From: Pseudomonadota bacterium
GTDB lineage: Bacteria > Pseudomonadota > Gammaproteobacteria > Acidiferrobacterales > Acidiferrobacteraceae
Reading direction: 5' to 3'
Length of the DNA: 64,000 bases
NCBI GenBank assembly: GCA_021819245.1
Contig: JAKARI010000007.1
Location: 5,525-69,524, forward strand
Part shown: positions 36,499 to 48,680 of the stretch, in pieces
Layout of the letters: each line of letters starts with the position of its first letter
Numbering within the stretch: position 1 is the stretch's first letter
Notes under the pieces: model-generated
What the model was told of the DNA's origin: nothing
The model's input: only the letters and a program-made list of their open reading frames with translations
The model's database searches: none
Program-made: the position numbers and the translations under genes

Positions 36499-38385
36499 AT
36501 GGCAGCTGCGTCTACTAAAACACTAAGGGTCGCGGGACTAGGCGTCCTATTGACAAGTTTAGCAGGATGCGCGACGGTGCCCATGCTGGCGCAACCGGCC
36601 GCCGGGTCGGCGTCGCCTCCCGACTCGAACACCACAAAAACCAAAGAACTGCAGAAGGCCCCCGCCCATCCGCAGGCGGTCGTCAAGGTCGGCGAGTGTC
36701 CGGTGCCTGCCATCGACGATACGCGCGGCGCGCACGCCCGCGATGTGAGCGATCGGCGGTACACAAATCTGTGGAATCGCATTCGCGCGGGGTTCCGCTT
36801 GCCGCGCATGGAGGGACCGCGGGTCGCACGCTACGAGCAGTGGTTTGCAAATCACCCCCAGTATGTCGATCAAATGTTGCAGCGTGCCAACCTGTACCTC
36901 TATCAGATCGTGCAGGATGTCAGCAAGCGCAACATGCCCATGGAAATCGCGCTTTTGCCGGCGATCGAAAGCGCCTACTCGCCGGATGCCTACTCGCGAT
37001 CGGCGGCGATTGGCCTGTGGCAGTTCGAGCCGTCCACCGGACGGCTGTGGGGCCTTAAGACCAACTGGTGGTATAGCGGCGAGCGCGACATTATTGCTTC
37101 CACAAATGCCGCGCTCGACTTCCTTCAATCACTCCATAACCAATTCCATAGCTGGAACCTGGCGCTCGCGGCGTACAATGCGGGCCAAGGCACCATCGAA
37201 GCGGCGATCGCCCACAATCAGGCCCTGGGGTTGGGGACTCATTACCGTGACCTAAGGCTGCCGCAGCAAACCGAAAACTACGTGCCGAAGCTCATGGCGA
37301 TCGTAAACATCGTGCGCGATCCCGCGAAATTCGGTCTGACCCTGCACGCGATCCCAAACAGCCCCTACTTCGTGCGCGTCAACACGGGTTCACAGATCGA
37401 CCTCAGCGTGATTGCCCGGCTCGCCAACATGTCGTTAAAGCAGCTCTATGCCATCAACCCGGGCTTCACGCAAATGGCCACCGCCCCCAATGGCCCTCAC
37501 ACCATCCTCGTGCCGGTGGCTACGAAGGCCGCGCTGATCGAAGGCTTGAGCCAGCTGCCGCCGCAGGACCGCATGCAGTGGGCGCGCCATGTGGTGGTGC
37601 CGGGCGATACGCTAGACGGCATCGCCAACGAATACGGGGTGAGCGTGGCAGCGATCCGCTCCACCAATCACATTTATAGTAATTTCATCCGTGTCGGCCA
37701 AAACCTGCTGATCCCCATGGCCGGCCGGCGCCTCGTGGTCTCCCGAAGCCAGGCCGCAGGCCAAGAGGAGGCGCGGGGTGCCAACGCCATCTATCGCGTG
37801 GCGCCGGGTGATACCCTAAGCGGCATTGCCAGTCAGTATGGCGTGAGCGTCGAGGCCATCCGCGCCGCCAACCATATCTACGGGAGCCTGCTTGCCGTCG
37901 GCCAAAGGCTCGTGATCCCCGGGGCCGGGCAACAAGGGGTCGTGGCCTCCGCAGGGGGGCCGCGTCACAATCTCATCTACCAAGTCGCGCCGGGGGATAC
38001 CCTTTATGGCATTGCCCGCCAGTACGGCGTGAGCGTGGCAGCGATCCGCTCCACCAACCATATCTACGGGAGCCTGCTTGCCGTCGGCCAAAGGCTCGTG
38101 ATCCCCGGGGCCGGGCAACAAGGGGTCGTGGCCTCCGCAGGGGGGGCGCGCCAGGAAGTGGCGCTCTCGCGCAGCGGGTCGGACCGGGTCAGGATCATCC
38201 ACCGCGTACGGCCCGGCGACACCTTGTGGAGTATCGCGCAGCGTTACCGCGTCTATGTCTCGCAGCTCGAACGCTGGAATGTGCTCAATGCCCACGATGT
38301 CTTGCGCCTCGGACAGCGTATCCTGATCTGGGCATCCCCCGCCATGGTCCCATCGGCTGTGGCCAGGACGCGCATCACCGAATAA
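36499..38385 (+). CDS. mltD: membrane-bound lytic murein transglycosylase D with four LysM domains
   Basis: Lipobox LTSLAGC. SLT catalytic region LPAIESAYSPDAYSRSAAIGLWQF. Four LysM repeats (PGDTL..IA..YGVSV..I...N). Confidence 0.88.
   Translation: MAAASTKTLRVAGLGVLLTSLAGCATVPMLAQPAAGSASPPDSNTTKTKELQKAPAHPQAVVKVGECPVPAIDDTRGAHARDVSDRRYTNLWNRIRAGFRLPRMEGPRVARYEQWFANHPQYVDQMLQRANLYLYQIVQDVSKRNMPMEIALLPAIESAYSPDAYSRSAAIGLWQFEPSTGRLWGLKTNWWYSGERDIIASTNAALDFLQSLHNQFHSWNLALAAYNAGQGTIEAAIAHNQALGLGTHYRDLRLPQQTENYVPKLMAIVNIVRDPAKFGLTLHAIPNSPYFVRVNTGSQIDLSVIARLANMSLKQLYAINPGFTQMATAPNGPHTILVPVATKAALIEGLSQLPPQDRMQWARHVVVPGDTLDGIANEYGVSVAAIRSTNHIYSNFIRVGQNLLIPMAGRRLVVSRSQAAGQEEARGANAIYRVAPGDTLSGIASQYGVSVEAIRAANHIYGSLLAVGQRLVIPGAGQQGVVASAGGPRHNLIYQVAPGDTLYGIARQYGVSVAAIRSTNHIYGSLLAVGQRLVIPGAGQQGVVASAGGARQEVALSRSGSDRVRIIHRVRPGDTLWSIAQRYRVYVSQLERWNVLNAHDVLRLGQRILIWASPAMVPSAVARTRITE
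37868..37959 (+). repeat. 92-nt perfect core of an intragenic LysM tandem duplication (copy 1)
   Basis: Identical by hand alignment to 38054-38145 (period 186 nt). Encodes ANHIYGSLLAVGQRLVIPGAGQQGVVASAGG (copy 1) and TNHIYGSLL...ASAGG (copy 2). Confidence 0.9.
38054..38145 (+). repeat. 92-nt perfect core of the LysM tandem duplication (copy 2)
   Basis: See copy 1. Confidence 0.9.
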
Positions 38386-38629
38386 GCCGTTTGGACCCCC
38401 CGGTTCGTGGCAGGCGCGGCCTTCATACCATCGCCTGACTTTAGTCGCGCGCGAAATGGCGGTAGACTGCGACTTCCAACCGGCGCCCTGAAGGCCCGCA
38501 GGCCAGGCGCCCGCTGGGCACGGGCCGGTAGCGGCCTATGCGCAGCGGGCGCGGGCGCGATCGGGTCCTCATGAAGTCCCCGTGTTGAAGGCCTGGGGCT
38601 TGGTTCAAGCATGCAACGGAGAGAGTCTC

Positions 38630-39421
38630 ATGGGATTTTTGGCGGGTAAACGCGCCGTCGTGATAGGAGCCCTCAATGAGCGGTCGATCGCCTGGGGGAT
38701 CGCTCAGGCGATGCACGCGCAGGGGGCCGAGATCGCCTACACCTACCAGAACGACAAGCTGCAAAGTCGTGTCGAGGGACTCGCGGCGCTCACCGGGAGC
38801 CATATCGTGCTGCCCTGCGACGTCGGCCGCGATGAAGACATCAACGCCTTATTCGAGGGCCTGCGCACGGCCTGGCCCGATGGCTTCGATGCGCTCATCC
38901 ATTCCGTCGCCTACGCACCGCGCGATCAGCTCGAGGGGGACTACCTCGATGCCGTAACGCGCGAGGGTTTTCTCGAGGCGCACAATATCAGCTCCTATAG
39001 TTTCGCGGCACTCGCCAAGGGGGCGCGTCCGGCCCTCGTGGCGCGCAAGGGCTCGCTTTTGACGCTCTCCTATCTGGGCGCCGTGCGCGTCGTGCCGCAC
39101 TACAACGTCATGGGGCTTGCGAAGGCGAGCCTCGAGGCCAACGTGCGCTACCTTGCGCAAAGCCTCGGGCGCCACGGGGTGCGCGTAAACGGGATCTCGG
39201 CGGGACCCATAAAGACCCTTGCGGCGGCCGGGATCAGCGACTTTCGCAGGATGCTCGACTACTACGAGCGTAACGCGCCGCTGCATCGCGGTGTCACCAT
39301 AGAGGAGGTGGGCCACGCCGCGGCGTTCCTGTCATCCGATCTCGCCTCCGGCATCACCGGCGAGATCCTCTATGTGGACTCCGGCTACCACATGGTCGGC
39401 ATGGGGGAAGGCGCGGAATAA
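38630..39421 (+). CDS. fabI: enoyl-[acyl-carrier-protein] reductase (NADH)
   Basis: Start [13 protein letters not shown] at 38630 (GGAGAGAG upstream). [13 protein letters not shown]. Catalytic Tyr/Lys region [12 protein letters not shown]. Confidence 0.9.
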   Translation: MGFLAGKRAVVIGALNERSIAWGIAQAMHAQGAEIAYTYQNDKLQSRVEGLAALTGSHIVLPCDVGRDEDINALFEGLRTAWPDGFDALIHSVAYAPRDQLEGDYLDAVTREGFLEAHNISSYSFAALAKGARPALVARKGSLLTLSYLGAVRVVPHYNVMGLAKASLEANVRYLAQSLGRHGVRVNGISAGPIKTLAAAGISDFRRMLDYYERNAPLHRGVTIEEVGHAAAFLSSDLASGITGEILYVDSGYHMVGMGEGAE

Positions 39422-39430
39422 AGACCCACG

Positions 39431-39460
39431 CCTGGGCCCAGGCCATCCTGGGCCCAGGCC
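39431..39460. terminator. strong hairpin between convergent fabI and ppiD
   Basis: G-CCTGGGCCCAGG-CCAT-CCTGGGCCCAGG-C gives a 13-bp stem. Each arm is itself a 12-bp palindrome. The A-rich left flank gives a UCUUU tail for the ppiD transcript. Confidence 0.55.
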
Positions 39461-39464
39461 TCCG

Positions 39465-41384
39465 CTATAAAGCCTGCGCGTTGATATGGATGTGCGCGCG
39501 CTCGCGCAGGCTCTTCATGTACGCGAGATAGGTCTCGACGCCGCTATCGCGAATCAGGGATTCCTCGAGCTTGATGTAACGGCTGCTGCCCGGGTCCACA
39601 ACCCCCGGGAGGACCTGGTGCACGATAAATACCGCGCGCCGCCCTGCGCCCAGGTGCGCGCTGCCAGGCGCCGGGTGGCCGGCGGCCGACACCGGGGCGC
39701 GAAATACCGCCTTGAGCAGCCCCGGCGCAAGCCCCGGCGTCACCGCCTCGGCCGCGGCCGGCGTCTTGCGCACGAGATGCATCTGCCGGGCCAGGGTCTT
39801 GAGCGATGCGCCCTTGCGAAGCTCCTGCACGAGCAGGGCCTCCTCGGCCTTGAGACGGCGCCTGGCACTTGCCGCACGCAGGGCGCGGACCGCCGCCGCC
39901 CGTGCCGTGGCGAGCGGCTCGAAACGCGCGGCCTTGCGCGCCACCACATGCGCGACCACCAGGGCGTCGGCACCCACGGGGATGGCGTGGGTATTGCGCC
40001 GGCCGGCCAGCACCTTCGGCATGAATACCGCCTTCACCATGGCCGGCAGGGCGGTCACACCGACCCCGTGCGTGCGCGTAAACCAGCCACTCTCCTGCAG
40101 CTTCAGGTGCACCTTGCGCGCGACCGCCGCCAGGTTGTGGGGATGCTCGAAGGCGGCGTTGCGCAGCCGCTCCGAGCGATGATACATCAGGCGCCGCGCA
40201 CGCCTCTTGAGGACCATGCGTGCCACCACCTTGCGCACCTTGGCAAGCGGCACGACGCGCGCGGGATGGATGGCCGTGACCTCAAGGAGGTGTACCCCGG
40301 AGCGGCCGACCACGGGCGCGCTCACGGTATTGAGGGCAAGCCCGAATGCCGCGCGCCCCACGGGCTTCGACAGGTCCGCCTGGGTCACGAACCCAAGGCT
40401 CCCCCCCTGTGCGGCGGATCCCGGATCCTGGGAATAGCGCCGGGCAAGGGCCCCAAACGAGGCGCTATGCGCGATGATTCGGGCCCGCAGCGCGACGAGC
40501 CGCGCCTTGGCGGCCGCGATCGCTGCGGCGCTCGGTTGGGGCGGCAACGCGATCATGATGTGGCGCACCAGCCGCTCCTCGGGGCGCGTAAACTGCGCGA
40601 TATGCGCCTGATAGGCCCTCTGCAGCGCCGCCCTCCCCACCTTTCGTTCCGTCATGGTGCGCAAGACCGCGGCCGGCGACAGGACCACATAGGCGATGCG
40701 CACCTCCTGCGGCAAGCGGAAGGCGTTTTTGTGCTTCGTGTAGTAGGCCTGAATGCGCTGCAGGCTCACGGGGCCAGTCGGCATGAACCGCCGCGGCGAC
40801 AGCACGACGTAGTCAAACACCCGTTTCTGCCCAAAGAGGCGCGCGGCATGGGCCACGACCTGCTGTGGCACGAAGGTGCTCGCCAGGAGCCCGGCCCTGA
40901 CCTGATCGAGGAGCGTGAGGTCTCGAACCCGGCGCTCGAACCCGGCCACTGTAAGCCCCTGGGCCTCGAGTACCTCCTGGTAGCGGGCCGCGTTGAAATG
41001 GCCGCCTACGCGAAACGCGGGGATGTGCCGGATCTCGTAGGCCATCTCGTCGGGATTGACGACATACCCGGCCTTGACCGCCGAATTGATGAGCAGGGTT
41101 TTATTGATAAGGCCGCGCAGCACGGCCCGCTTGAATGTGTCGCCGGTGAGAAGCGCGGGATTGAAGTTCTTGCCAAAGGTCTGCTCCAGTGCCACCCGCT
41201 GGCGCGCAAGGGCCCTGGCAAATTGCTCCTGGGAGATGCGGATGCCCCGGCCGCGGGCCACATAGATCTGGGACGCCCCTCCCACGTAGGAGCTCACACC
41301 CCACAGCACAAACGGGACCACCAGGACCACGAGCAGCGCGGCCCCCATCCACCCTTTGGTCTTCTCTCGCAGCGCATTCAACAT
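39465..41384 (-). CDS. ppiD: periplasmic chaperone/peptidyl-prolyl isomerase PpiD
   Basis: 639 aa. N-terminal TM anchor (GAALLVVLVVPFVLWGV), SurA-N-like and parvulin-like regions. Conserved hupB-(tRNA)-ppiD synteny. Confidence 0.82.
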   Translation of the reverse strand: MLNALREKTKGWMGAALLVVLVVPFVLWGVSSYVGGASQIYVARGRGIRISQEQFARALARQRVALEQTFGKNFNPALLTGDTFKRAVLRGLINKTLLINSAVKAGYVVNPDEMAYEIRHIPAFRVGGHFNAARYQEVLEAQGLTVAGFERRVRDLTLLDQVRAGLLASTFVPQQVVAHAARLFGQKRVFDYVVLSPRRFMPTGPVSLQRIQAYYTKHKNAFRLPQEVRIAYVVLSPAAVLRTMTERKVGRAALQRAYQAHIAQFTRPEERLVRHIMIALPPQPSAAAIAAAKARLVALRARIIAHSASFGALARRYSQDPGSAAQGGSLGFVTQADLSKPVGRAAFGLALNTVSAPVVGRSGVHLLEVTAIHPARVVPLAKVRKVVARMVLKRRARRLMYHRSERLRNAAFEHPHNLAAVARKVHLKLQESGWFTRTHGVGVTALPAMVKAVFMPKVLAGRRNTHAIPVGADALVVAHVVARKAARFEPLATARAAAVRALRAASARRRLKAEEALLVQELRKGASLKTLARQMHLVRKTPAAAEAVTPGLAPGLLKAVFRAPVSAAGHPAPGSAHLGAGRRAVFIVHQVLPGVVDPGSSRYIKLEESLIRDSGVETYLAYMKSLRERAHIHINAQAL

Positions 41385-41652
41385 AGGTTTACGCGGGCCT
41401 CATAGGTAGAAATCCTCATCCGGGACGCCCGCGCAACCCATGGCCCCGGGTCGTCCCGCGGGCCTTGCTATCACGGACCGGGCCGCCCGATCCCCGGCGG
41501 CGGGACGGTGGCCCGCGCCGCGAGTGGCTGCGGCGATTGTACTGACCCTAAGCCCCCTGAAGCAACCGACACCGGGCGGGCGCCGGGCGATGGGGCACGC
41601 GCCTGACGCCCTCCTCGCCGGGTGGCAAGGCACACGATCATCGTAAGGAAAT

Positions 41653-41729
41653 TGGCGGAGTGGACGGGACTCGAACCCGCGACCCCCGGCGTGACAGGCC
41701 GGTATTCTAACCAACTGAACTACCACTCC
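41653..41729 (-). tRNA. tRNA-Asp (GTC)
   Basis: Reverse complement GGAGTGGTAGTTCAGTTGGTTAGAATACCGGCCTGTCACGCCGGGGGTCGCGGGTTCGAGTCCCGTCCACTCCGCCA. Cloverleaf with anticodon loop CTGTCAC. Close to E. coli tRNA-Asp. Confidence 0.95.
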
Positions 41730-42042
41730 TGATTGGTGCGGGATAGGCGCGACCGGCCCCGCAGCCCCGCGCGCCGATCCGCCTTCATACCGGTACCCCA
41801 TCCGCGTCTCCCGACGGGGGTGTATCGCCCGGGGGGCACAGACGGCGTGCTATTAGAGCATGCAGGGCAACCTGCTGGCAATCCTCGCCGCGTGCCGCAC
41901 GCCACCGATCCCGCACGCCCGCCTTACACTGCCCCGCTGGGCCATGCATCCGCGTGCGCCGAGGCGAGACGGTACGGTGTTCGGGGACCTCCGCCGCAGG
42001 CCCTCGCACACCGCGGCCCCGCGCGGGCATCCTTCACTTTTA

Positions 42043-42118
42043 TGGTGGGTGCTGAGGGGTTCGAACCCCCGACATTCGCCTTGTAAGGGCGACGCTCTAC
42101 CAGCTGAGCTAAGCACCC
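42043..42118 (-). tRNA. tRNA-Val (TAC)
   Basis: Reverse complement GGGTGCTTAGCTCAGCTGGTAGAGCGTCGCCCTTACAAGGCGAATGTCGGGGGTTCGAACCCCTCAGCACCCACCA. Anticodon loop CTTACAA. Confidence 0.95.
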
Positions 42119-42152
42119 GGACACGATGCTCTTGCCCGCCGCCGCGAACTCG

Positions 42153-42425
42153 CTAATTGACGGCGTCTTTCAGGCCCTTGCCGGCCTTGAACCGCGGATT
42201 GCGCGATGCGGCGATATCGATCGTCTCACCGGTGCGCGGATTGCGGCCGCTGCGCGCTGCGCGCTCGCCGACCGAGAACGTGCCAAATCCCACCAGATTG
42301 ATGGTCTCGCCGTTGCGCAATCCCTGCGTAATCGCATCAAACACGGCATCCACCGCCCGCGTGGCGGAGGCTTTATTGAGATCAGCCTGCTCTGCGACTT
42401 TCTCGATCAGTTCGGATTTATTCAC
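42153..42425 (-). CDS. hupB: DNA-binding protein HU
   Basis: 90 aa from a GTG start ([16 protein letters not shown]...[24 protein letters not shown]...[12 protein letters not shown]). AGGGAG upstream. Track ORF 42153-42542 is over-extended. Confidence 0.92.
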   Translation of the reverse strand: MNKSELIEKVAEQADLNKASATRAVDAVFDAITQGLRNGETINLVGFGTFSVGERAARSGRNPRTGETIDIAASRNPRFKAGKGLKDAVN

Positions 42426-42560
42426 CTGGCGCTCCCTAGCTAGTGGTTTCCATGCCGGTCTCAGCGCCGGCGTCGCGATCAGTCCAGTCTTATACAAGCG
42501 GGCCCGTGCCGCTGTCAAGGCAAGCCCCGGCGGCCCCCGCACGGGCGATCGCGGGCCGCG

Positions 42561-44978
42561 TCAGTGCGTGCGTATGGCGTTTGCCTCGGTTTCCCCTTCG
42601 CGCGACTTGCCACCCTCCGGGGTATCGGCCAGGGGCTTTGGCATGCGCTCGAGCGCAATCTCCAGCACCTGATCGATCCAGCGCAACGGCTTGATATCCA
42701 GGGATTCCTGGATATTTTTAGGCAGCTCGACCAGATCCTTGCGATTCTCCTCGGGAATGATCACGGTCTTGATGCCGCCGCGGTGCGCCGCAAGGAGCTT
42801 TTCCTTCAGGCCGCCTATCGGCAAAACCTCGCCGCGCAGCGTAATCTCGCCGGTCATTGCCACATCGGCGCGCACCGGGATACCCGTCAACACCGAGACC
42901 ATGGCGGTGCACATCCCGATCCCGGCACTCGGCCCGTCCTTGGGTGTTGCCCCCTCCGGGACATGGAGATGGAAATCATGCTTCTGATAGAAATCCTCCG
43001 GAATCCCCAGGGAAGCGGCACGCGACCGCACCACGCTCATGGCCGCCTGGATCGACTCCTGCATCACGTCGCCCAGCTTGCCGGTGATGGTGAGCTTGCC
43101 CTTGCCCGGCAAGAGCGCGCTCTCGATGGTCAGCAGCTCGCCGCCCACCTCGGTCCACGCAAGTCCCGTGACTTGGCCCACCTGATTGCTCTGCTCGGCC
43201 ATGCCATAGCGGAAGTGGCGCACCCCGAGATACTTGTCGAGGTTCTTCGCGCTTACCGAGACGTGGTCGCGCTTTTTGTTCAACAGAAGCTCGCGCGCCA
43301 CCTTGCGCGAGATCTTGGCGATCTCGCGCTCGAGATTGCGCACCCCGGCCTCGCGCGTGTAATAGCGCACGATATCGCGCACCGCGCTCTCCGAGATCTG
43401 CAGCTCACCGGTCTTTAGGCCATTGTTCGTTTTCTGTTTTTCGACCAGATAACGCATGGCGATATTGATCTTTTCGTCTTCCGTGTACCCCGACAGGCGA
43501 ATGACCTCCATGCGGTCCAACAGCGGCCCGGGGATGTTCAGGCTGTTGGATGTTGCCACGAACATCACATCCGATAGGTCGTAATCCACCTCGAGATAGT
43601 GATCATTGAAGGCGTGATTCTGCTCCGGGTCCAGGACCTCGAGCAGCGCCGACGACGGATCGCCACGGAAGTCCATGGCCATCTTGTCGACCTCGTCTAG
43701 CATGAACAGCGGATTGCGGGTCTTGGCCTTGGCCATGTTCTGAATGATCTTGCCCGGCAGGGATCCGATATAGGTCCGCCGGTGGCCGCGTATCTCCGCC
43801 TCGTCGCGCACCCCGCCCAGCGACATGCGGATGAACTTGCGATTCGTGGCGCGCGCGATCGACTGCCCAAGCGAGGTCTTGCCGACCCCAGGCGGCCCCA
43901 CGAGACACAGTATCGGGCCCTTCAACTTGTTCACCCGCTGCTGGACCGCAAGATACTCGATGATGCGCTCCTTGACCTTCTCGAGCCCGTAATGATCGGC
44001 CTCGAGCATGCGCTCGGCCTCCGCCAGGTCCTTGCGGATCTTGCTGTGCTTCTTCCAGGGCACCGCGAGCAGCCAGTCGATATAATTGCGCACAACGGTG
44101 GCCTCTGCGGCCATCGGCGACATCATCTTGAGCTTGGCGAGTTCCGCCTGCGCCTTCTCGCGGGCCTCCTTGGGCATGCCCGCGCTCTTGATCTTCTGCG
44201 CAAGCTCCTCGGCCTCGTTGGGGGTGTCCTCGAGATCGCCGAGCTCCTTTTGAATCGCCTTCATCTGCTCGTTTAGGTAGTACTCGCGCTGGCTCTTCTC
44301 CATCTGCCGCTTGACCCGGCCGCGTATGCGCTTTTCGACCTGCAGGAGGTCGATCTCGGACTCCATGACGCCAAGAATATGCTCGAGCCGCGCGCGCACG
44401 TTCAGCATCTCGAGAATCTGCTGCTTTTCCTCGATCTTCAAACTCAAATGGGCGGTCACGGTATCGGCCAGACGCCCGGGGTCATCGATCCCGGCAAGCG
44501 ATGTCAGGATCTCGGGCGGGATCTTCATGTTGAGCTTTACATACTGGTCGAACTCGTTGAGCACCGAACGCATGAGGGCCTCGCCCTCCTTGTCGTTCAG
44601 GTCGTCGCTTGCGAGCCTGCGGATCTCGGCGGAAAATGTCTCGTCGGTCTCGACGAAGCGCGTCACCTCGGCGCGTTGCTCCCCCTCGACCAAGACCTTG
44701 ACCGTGCCATCCGGAAGCTTTAAGAGCTGAAGGATATTGGCGACCGTGCCGATGACATGGATGGCCCCCGGTGCCGGATCATCGTCCGATGCGCTCTTTT
44801 GGGCCACCAGCATGATCTGCTTGCCCCCTTCCATGGCCCGCTCCAGGGCCTTGATGGACTTCTTGCGGCCCACGAATAACGGAATCACCATGTGCGGGAA
44901 CACAACCACGTCCCGCAACGGCAATACCGGTATGGCGGCGGGGTCCGGCGCTTGTGACAAATGCGTTTCTTCAGTCAT
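42561..44978 (-). CDS. lon: ATP-dependent Lon protease
   Basis: Start MTEETHLSQ at 44978. Walker [10 protein letters not shown]. Protease Ser in PKDGPSAG. Confidence 0.95.
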   Translation of the reverse strand: MTEETHLSQAPDPAAIPVLPLRDVVVFPHMVIPLFVGRKKSIKALERAMEGGKQIMLVAQKSASDDDPAPGAIHVIGTVANILQLLKLPDGTVKVLVEGEQRAEVTRFVETDETFSAEIRRLASDDLNDKEGEALMRSVLNEFDQYVKLNMKIPPEILTSLAGIDDPGRLADTVTAHLSLKIEEKQQILEMLNVRARLEHILGVMESEIDLLQVEKRIRGRVKRQMEKSQREYYLNEQMKAIQKELGDLEDTPNEAEELAQKIKSAGMPKEAREKAQAELAKLKMMSPMAAEATVVRNYIDWLLAVPWKKHSKIRKDLAEAERMLEADHYGLEKVKERIIEYLAVQQRVNKLKGPILCLVGPPGVGKTSLGQSIARATNRKFIRMSLGGVRDEAEIRGHRRTYIGSLPGKIIQNMAKAKTRNPLFMLDEVDKMAMDFRGDPSSALLEVLDPEQNHAFNDHYLEVDYDLSDVMFVATSNSLNIPGPLLDRMEVIRLSGYTEDEKINIAMRYLVEKQKTNNGLKTGELQISESAVRDIVRYYTREAGVRNLEREIAKISRKVARELLLNKKRDHVSVSAKNLDKYLGVRHFRYGMAEQSNQVGQVTGLAWTEVGGELLTIESALLPGKGKLTITGKLGDVMQESIQAAMSVVRSRAASLGIPEDFYQKHDFHLHVPEGATPKDGPSAGIGMCTAMVSVLTGIPVRADVAMTGEITLRGEVLPIGGLKEKLLAAHRGGIKTVIIPEENRKDLVELPKNIQESLDIKPLRWIDQVLEIALERMPKPLADTPEGGKSREGETEANAIRTH

Positions 44979-45098
44979 GGCTGCCCTCGCGACGTTACGC
45001 GCCGAATAGAAATGCGCCCCTTGAGAGACAGGGGCATGCAAGAGTACATGCGCCCGAGCGGTCCGGAAATCAAGCCCGGCGGCGGCCGCGCGGCCTTG

Positions 45099-46391
<1,293 letters not shown>

Positions 46392-46476
46392 TGCTGAACC
46401 TCGCTCAAGGGAACCGGCGGCCGCGCTTGTCTTGCACCAAGCAGGCCTACCACCTCAGTTTCCCAGTCTAGTCCCC

Positions 46477-47100
46477 CTATTTGCGCTTCTCAATCACCGA
46501 ATCAATGAGCCCATAAGCCAGGGCCTCGCCGCCATCCATAAAGTTGTCACGCTCGGTGTCCTGTTCGATGCGCTTGAGATCCTGCCCCGTGTGTTTGACC
46601 AGGATGCCGTTCAAGCGTTCGCGCACCCGCAGGATCTCGCGCGCATGAATGTCGATATCGGTCGCCTGGCCCTGGAATCCCCCGGAGGGCTGATGGACCA
46701 TCATGCGCGCGTGCGGCAGGGCATGGCGCTTGCCCTTGGCCCCGCCGGCCAGCAGCAAGGCGCCCATGCTCGCCGCCTGACCGATACACACGGTACTCAC
46801 ATCGGGCTTGATGAACTGCATGGTATCGTAGATGGCAAGCCCCGCGGTCACGGCGCCCCCGGGCGAATTGATGTAGATATGAATATCCTTGTCGGGGTTC
46901 TCGGACTCAAGAAACAGGAGCTGCGCCACCACCAGGTTTGCCATGTGGTCTTCGACAGGGCCCACGAGGAAGATCAATCGCTCCTTCAACATCCGCGAAT
47001 AGATGTCGTAGGCGCGCTCGCCGCGACCGGTGGTCTCAATCACCATCGGCACCAATTGCGCCTGCGGCGCCAAGTCGGCAGCGAATTCGGATTTTATCAT
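46477..47100 (-). CDS. clpP: ATP-dependent Clp protease proteolytic subunit
   Basis: 207 aa. Catalytic Ser in GQAASMGA and His in MVHQPSGG. Confidence 0.95.
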   Translation of the reverse strand: MIKSEFAADLAPQAQLVPMVIETTGRGERAYDIYSRMLKERLIFLVGPVEDHMANLVVAQLLFLESENPDKDIHIYINSPGGAVTAGLAIYDTMQFIKPDVSTVCIGQAASMGALLLAGGAKGKRHALPHARMMVHQPSGGFQGQATDIDIHAREILRVRERLNGILVKHTGQDLKRIEQDTERDNFMDGGEALAYGLIDSVIEKRK

Positions 47101-47122
47101 GGTCGGTCGTCCCCGGTTATTC

Positions 47123-48415
47123 TCAGGTCAATTCCTCGAAACGGAGGGCCTTGTCGGCCACCTCCGCCTCGACCAATAACTGCTCTACCGCCTGGTCCTC
47201 GAGGACCAGGGATTCGGCCTCCGCCACCCGCTCGCGGTCGCCGTAATACCACTCGACAAAGCGCGCCGGATCATCGTAGTCTGCGGCCATCTCCTCGACG
47301 CGCGCGCGCACCTGGGCGGCATCGGCCTTGAGATCCCGCGCGCGTATCAGTTCCGACAGGATGATGCCCAGCGCCACGCGCTCGGCCGCGCGCGCGTGAA
47401 ACGCCGTGGTATCGGCCGGCAGGGTCTCGGTCGGCACGCCCTGGCGCCCCAGCTCACTTCGCGCCGCCTCGCGCAGACGCACAGCCTCGTTTTCCACCAG
47501 GACCTTGGGAAGGTCCATGGGGTTGACCTCGCGCAGACAACGGAAGACCTCGCCTTTGGTGCGTTCCCGAATGCGCCGGGCGGCCTCGCGCGCGAGATTG
47601 TCCCGGACCTCGCGACGCAGACCCTCGACCCCGCCCTCGGTGACCCCCAGGGAGGCCGCAAACGCCTCGTCTAAGGCCGGCAGCACGGGCTCGGCCACCT
47701 CGCTTACCGTCACATGAAACCGGGCCGTCTTGCCCGCCAGGGCCGGTGCCCCATAGTCTGCAGGAAACGCCACCGGTATATCGATCACAGCACCCGCGAC
47801 CGCGCCCTTGAGGCCGGCCTCGAAGTCGGGGAGTAGGTTGCCGGCGCCCAGGATCACCGTATGACCGCTCGCGCGGCCCCCGGGGAACTCCTCGCCCTCG
47901 AGCGTCCCCACGAAGTCGACCGTCAGGCGATCGCCCTCGGCGGCGGCCCGATCCACCGGCCGAAAGGTCCGGCGCTGCGTGCGCATCACCTCGATGGTCC
48001 GCTCGACATCGGCATCGCTGATGTCGCAGCGCGGACGCGCGACCGCCACGCCCTTGAGATCGAGCCGCGGGACCTGCGGGTAGACCTCGAATACCGCGAC
48101 ATACTGCATGTCCTGGCCGCGGACGAGGGCCTTGGGTTCTATCATGGGGCCGCCTGCGGCCTTCAATCCCTCGCGGTTCAAGGCATCATAGAAACTGTCG
48201 CGCATGAGATCCTGAGCGACCTCGTCTAAAAGCTTGCCGCCGTATTGGGCCTCCACGACCTTGATCGGGGCGCGACCGGGGCGGAAACCCGCGAGCCGGG
48301 CGGTGCGCGACAGCTGCTTCAGACGTTCCGTAAACGCGCGTTCGAACTGTTCCGCGGGGACCGATACCGTCATGCGCCGGCCCAGCCCGCCTGTTGCCTC
48401 TATGGATACCTGCAT
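47123..48415 (-). CDS. tig: trigger factor
   Basis: Start [10 protein letters not shown] at 48415. Ribosome-binding signature GFRPGRAP. The track ORF extends to 48637 by reading through tRNA-Leu. Confidence 0.92.
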   Translation of the reverse strand: MQVSIEATGGLGRRMTVSVPAEQFERAFTERLKQLSRTARLAGFRPGRAPIKVVEAQYGGKLLDEVAQDLMRDSFYDALNREGLKAAGGPMIEPKALVRGQDMQYVAVFEVYPQVPRLDLKGVAVARPRCDISDADVERTIEVMRTQRRTFRPVDRAAAEGDRLTVDFVGTLEGEEFPGGRASGHTVILGAGNLLPDFEAGLKGAVAGAVIDIPVAFPADYGAPALAGKTARFHVTVSEVAEPVLPALDEAFAASLGVTEGGVEGLRREVRDNLAREAARRIRERTKGEVFRCLREVNPMDLPKVLVENEAVRLREAARSELGRQGVPTETLPADTTAFHARAAERVALGIILSELIRARDLKADAAQVRARVEEMAADYDDPARFVEWYYGDRERVAEAESLVLEDQAVEQLLVEAEVADKALRFEELT

Positions 48416-48536
48416 ACCGCCTTCTCGCGAAAGATTTTTTGGATAACTCTTGGAAAAAACGCAGCTTTTTCCCCACGATCCTATCGGCTTGGCCACGCAG
48501 GACCCAGCCGGCGGGCGCCCCATCCGTTCAGGATTC

Positions 48537-48621
<85 letters not shown>

Positions 48622-48680
48622 ACAACCGTGCGGCCACGTTAGCACAAAGCGCGTGGCATCGACCAGTCTCGGCGTGGTCT

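Noticed and set aside
39486-41405. A 639-aa plus-strand ORF of the same length as ppiD on the opposite strand, offset by only 21 nt.
   Set aside because: Classic high-GC shadow ORF. The translation is Arg/Gly/His/Pro-rich with no motif. The minus strand encodes a PpiD-like protein with a TM anchor and conserved hupB-ppiD synteny.
41730-42042. 313-bp spacer between tRNA-Asp and tRNA-Val, and 268 bp between tRNA-Asp and ppiD, examined for a third tRNA, an integrase att site or an island junction.
   Set aside because: No cloverleaf, no repeat of the tRNA 3' ends and no foreign-looking composition. The flanking genes are the usual hupB and ppiD neighbours.
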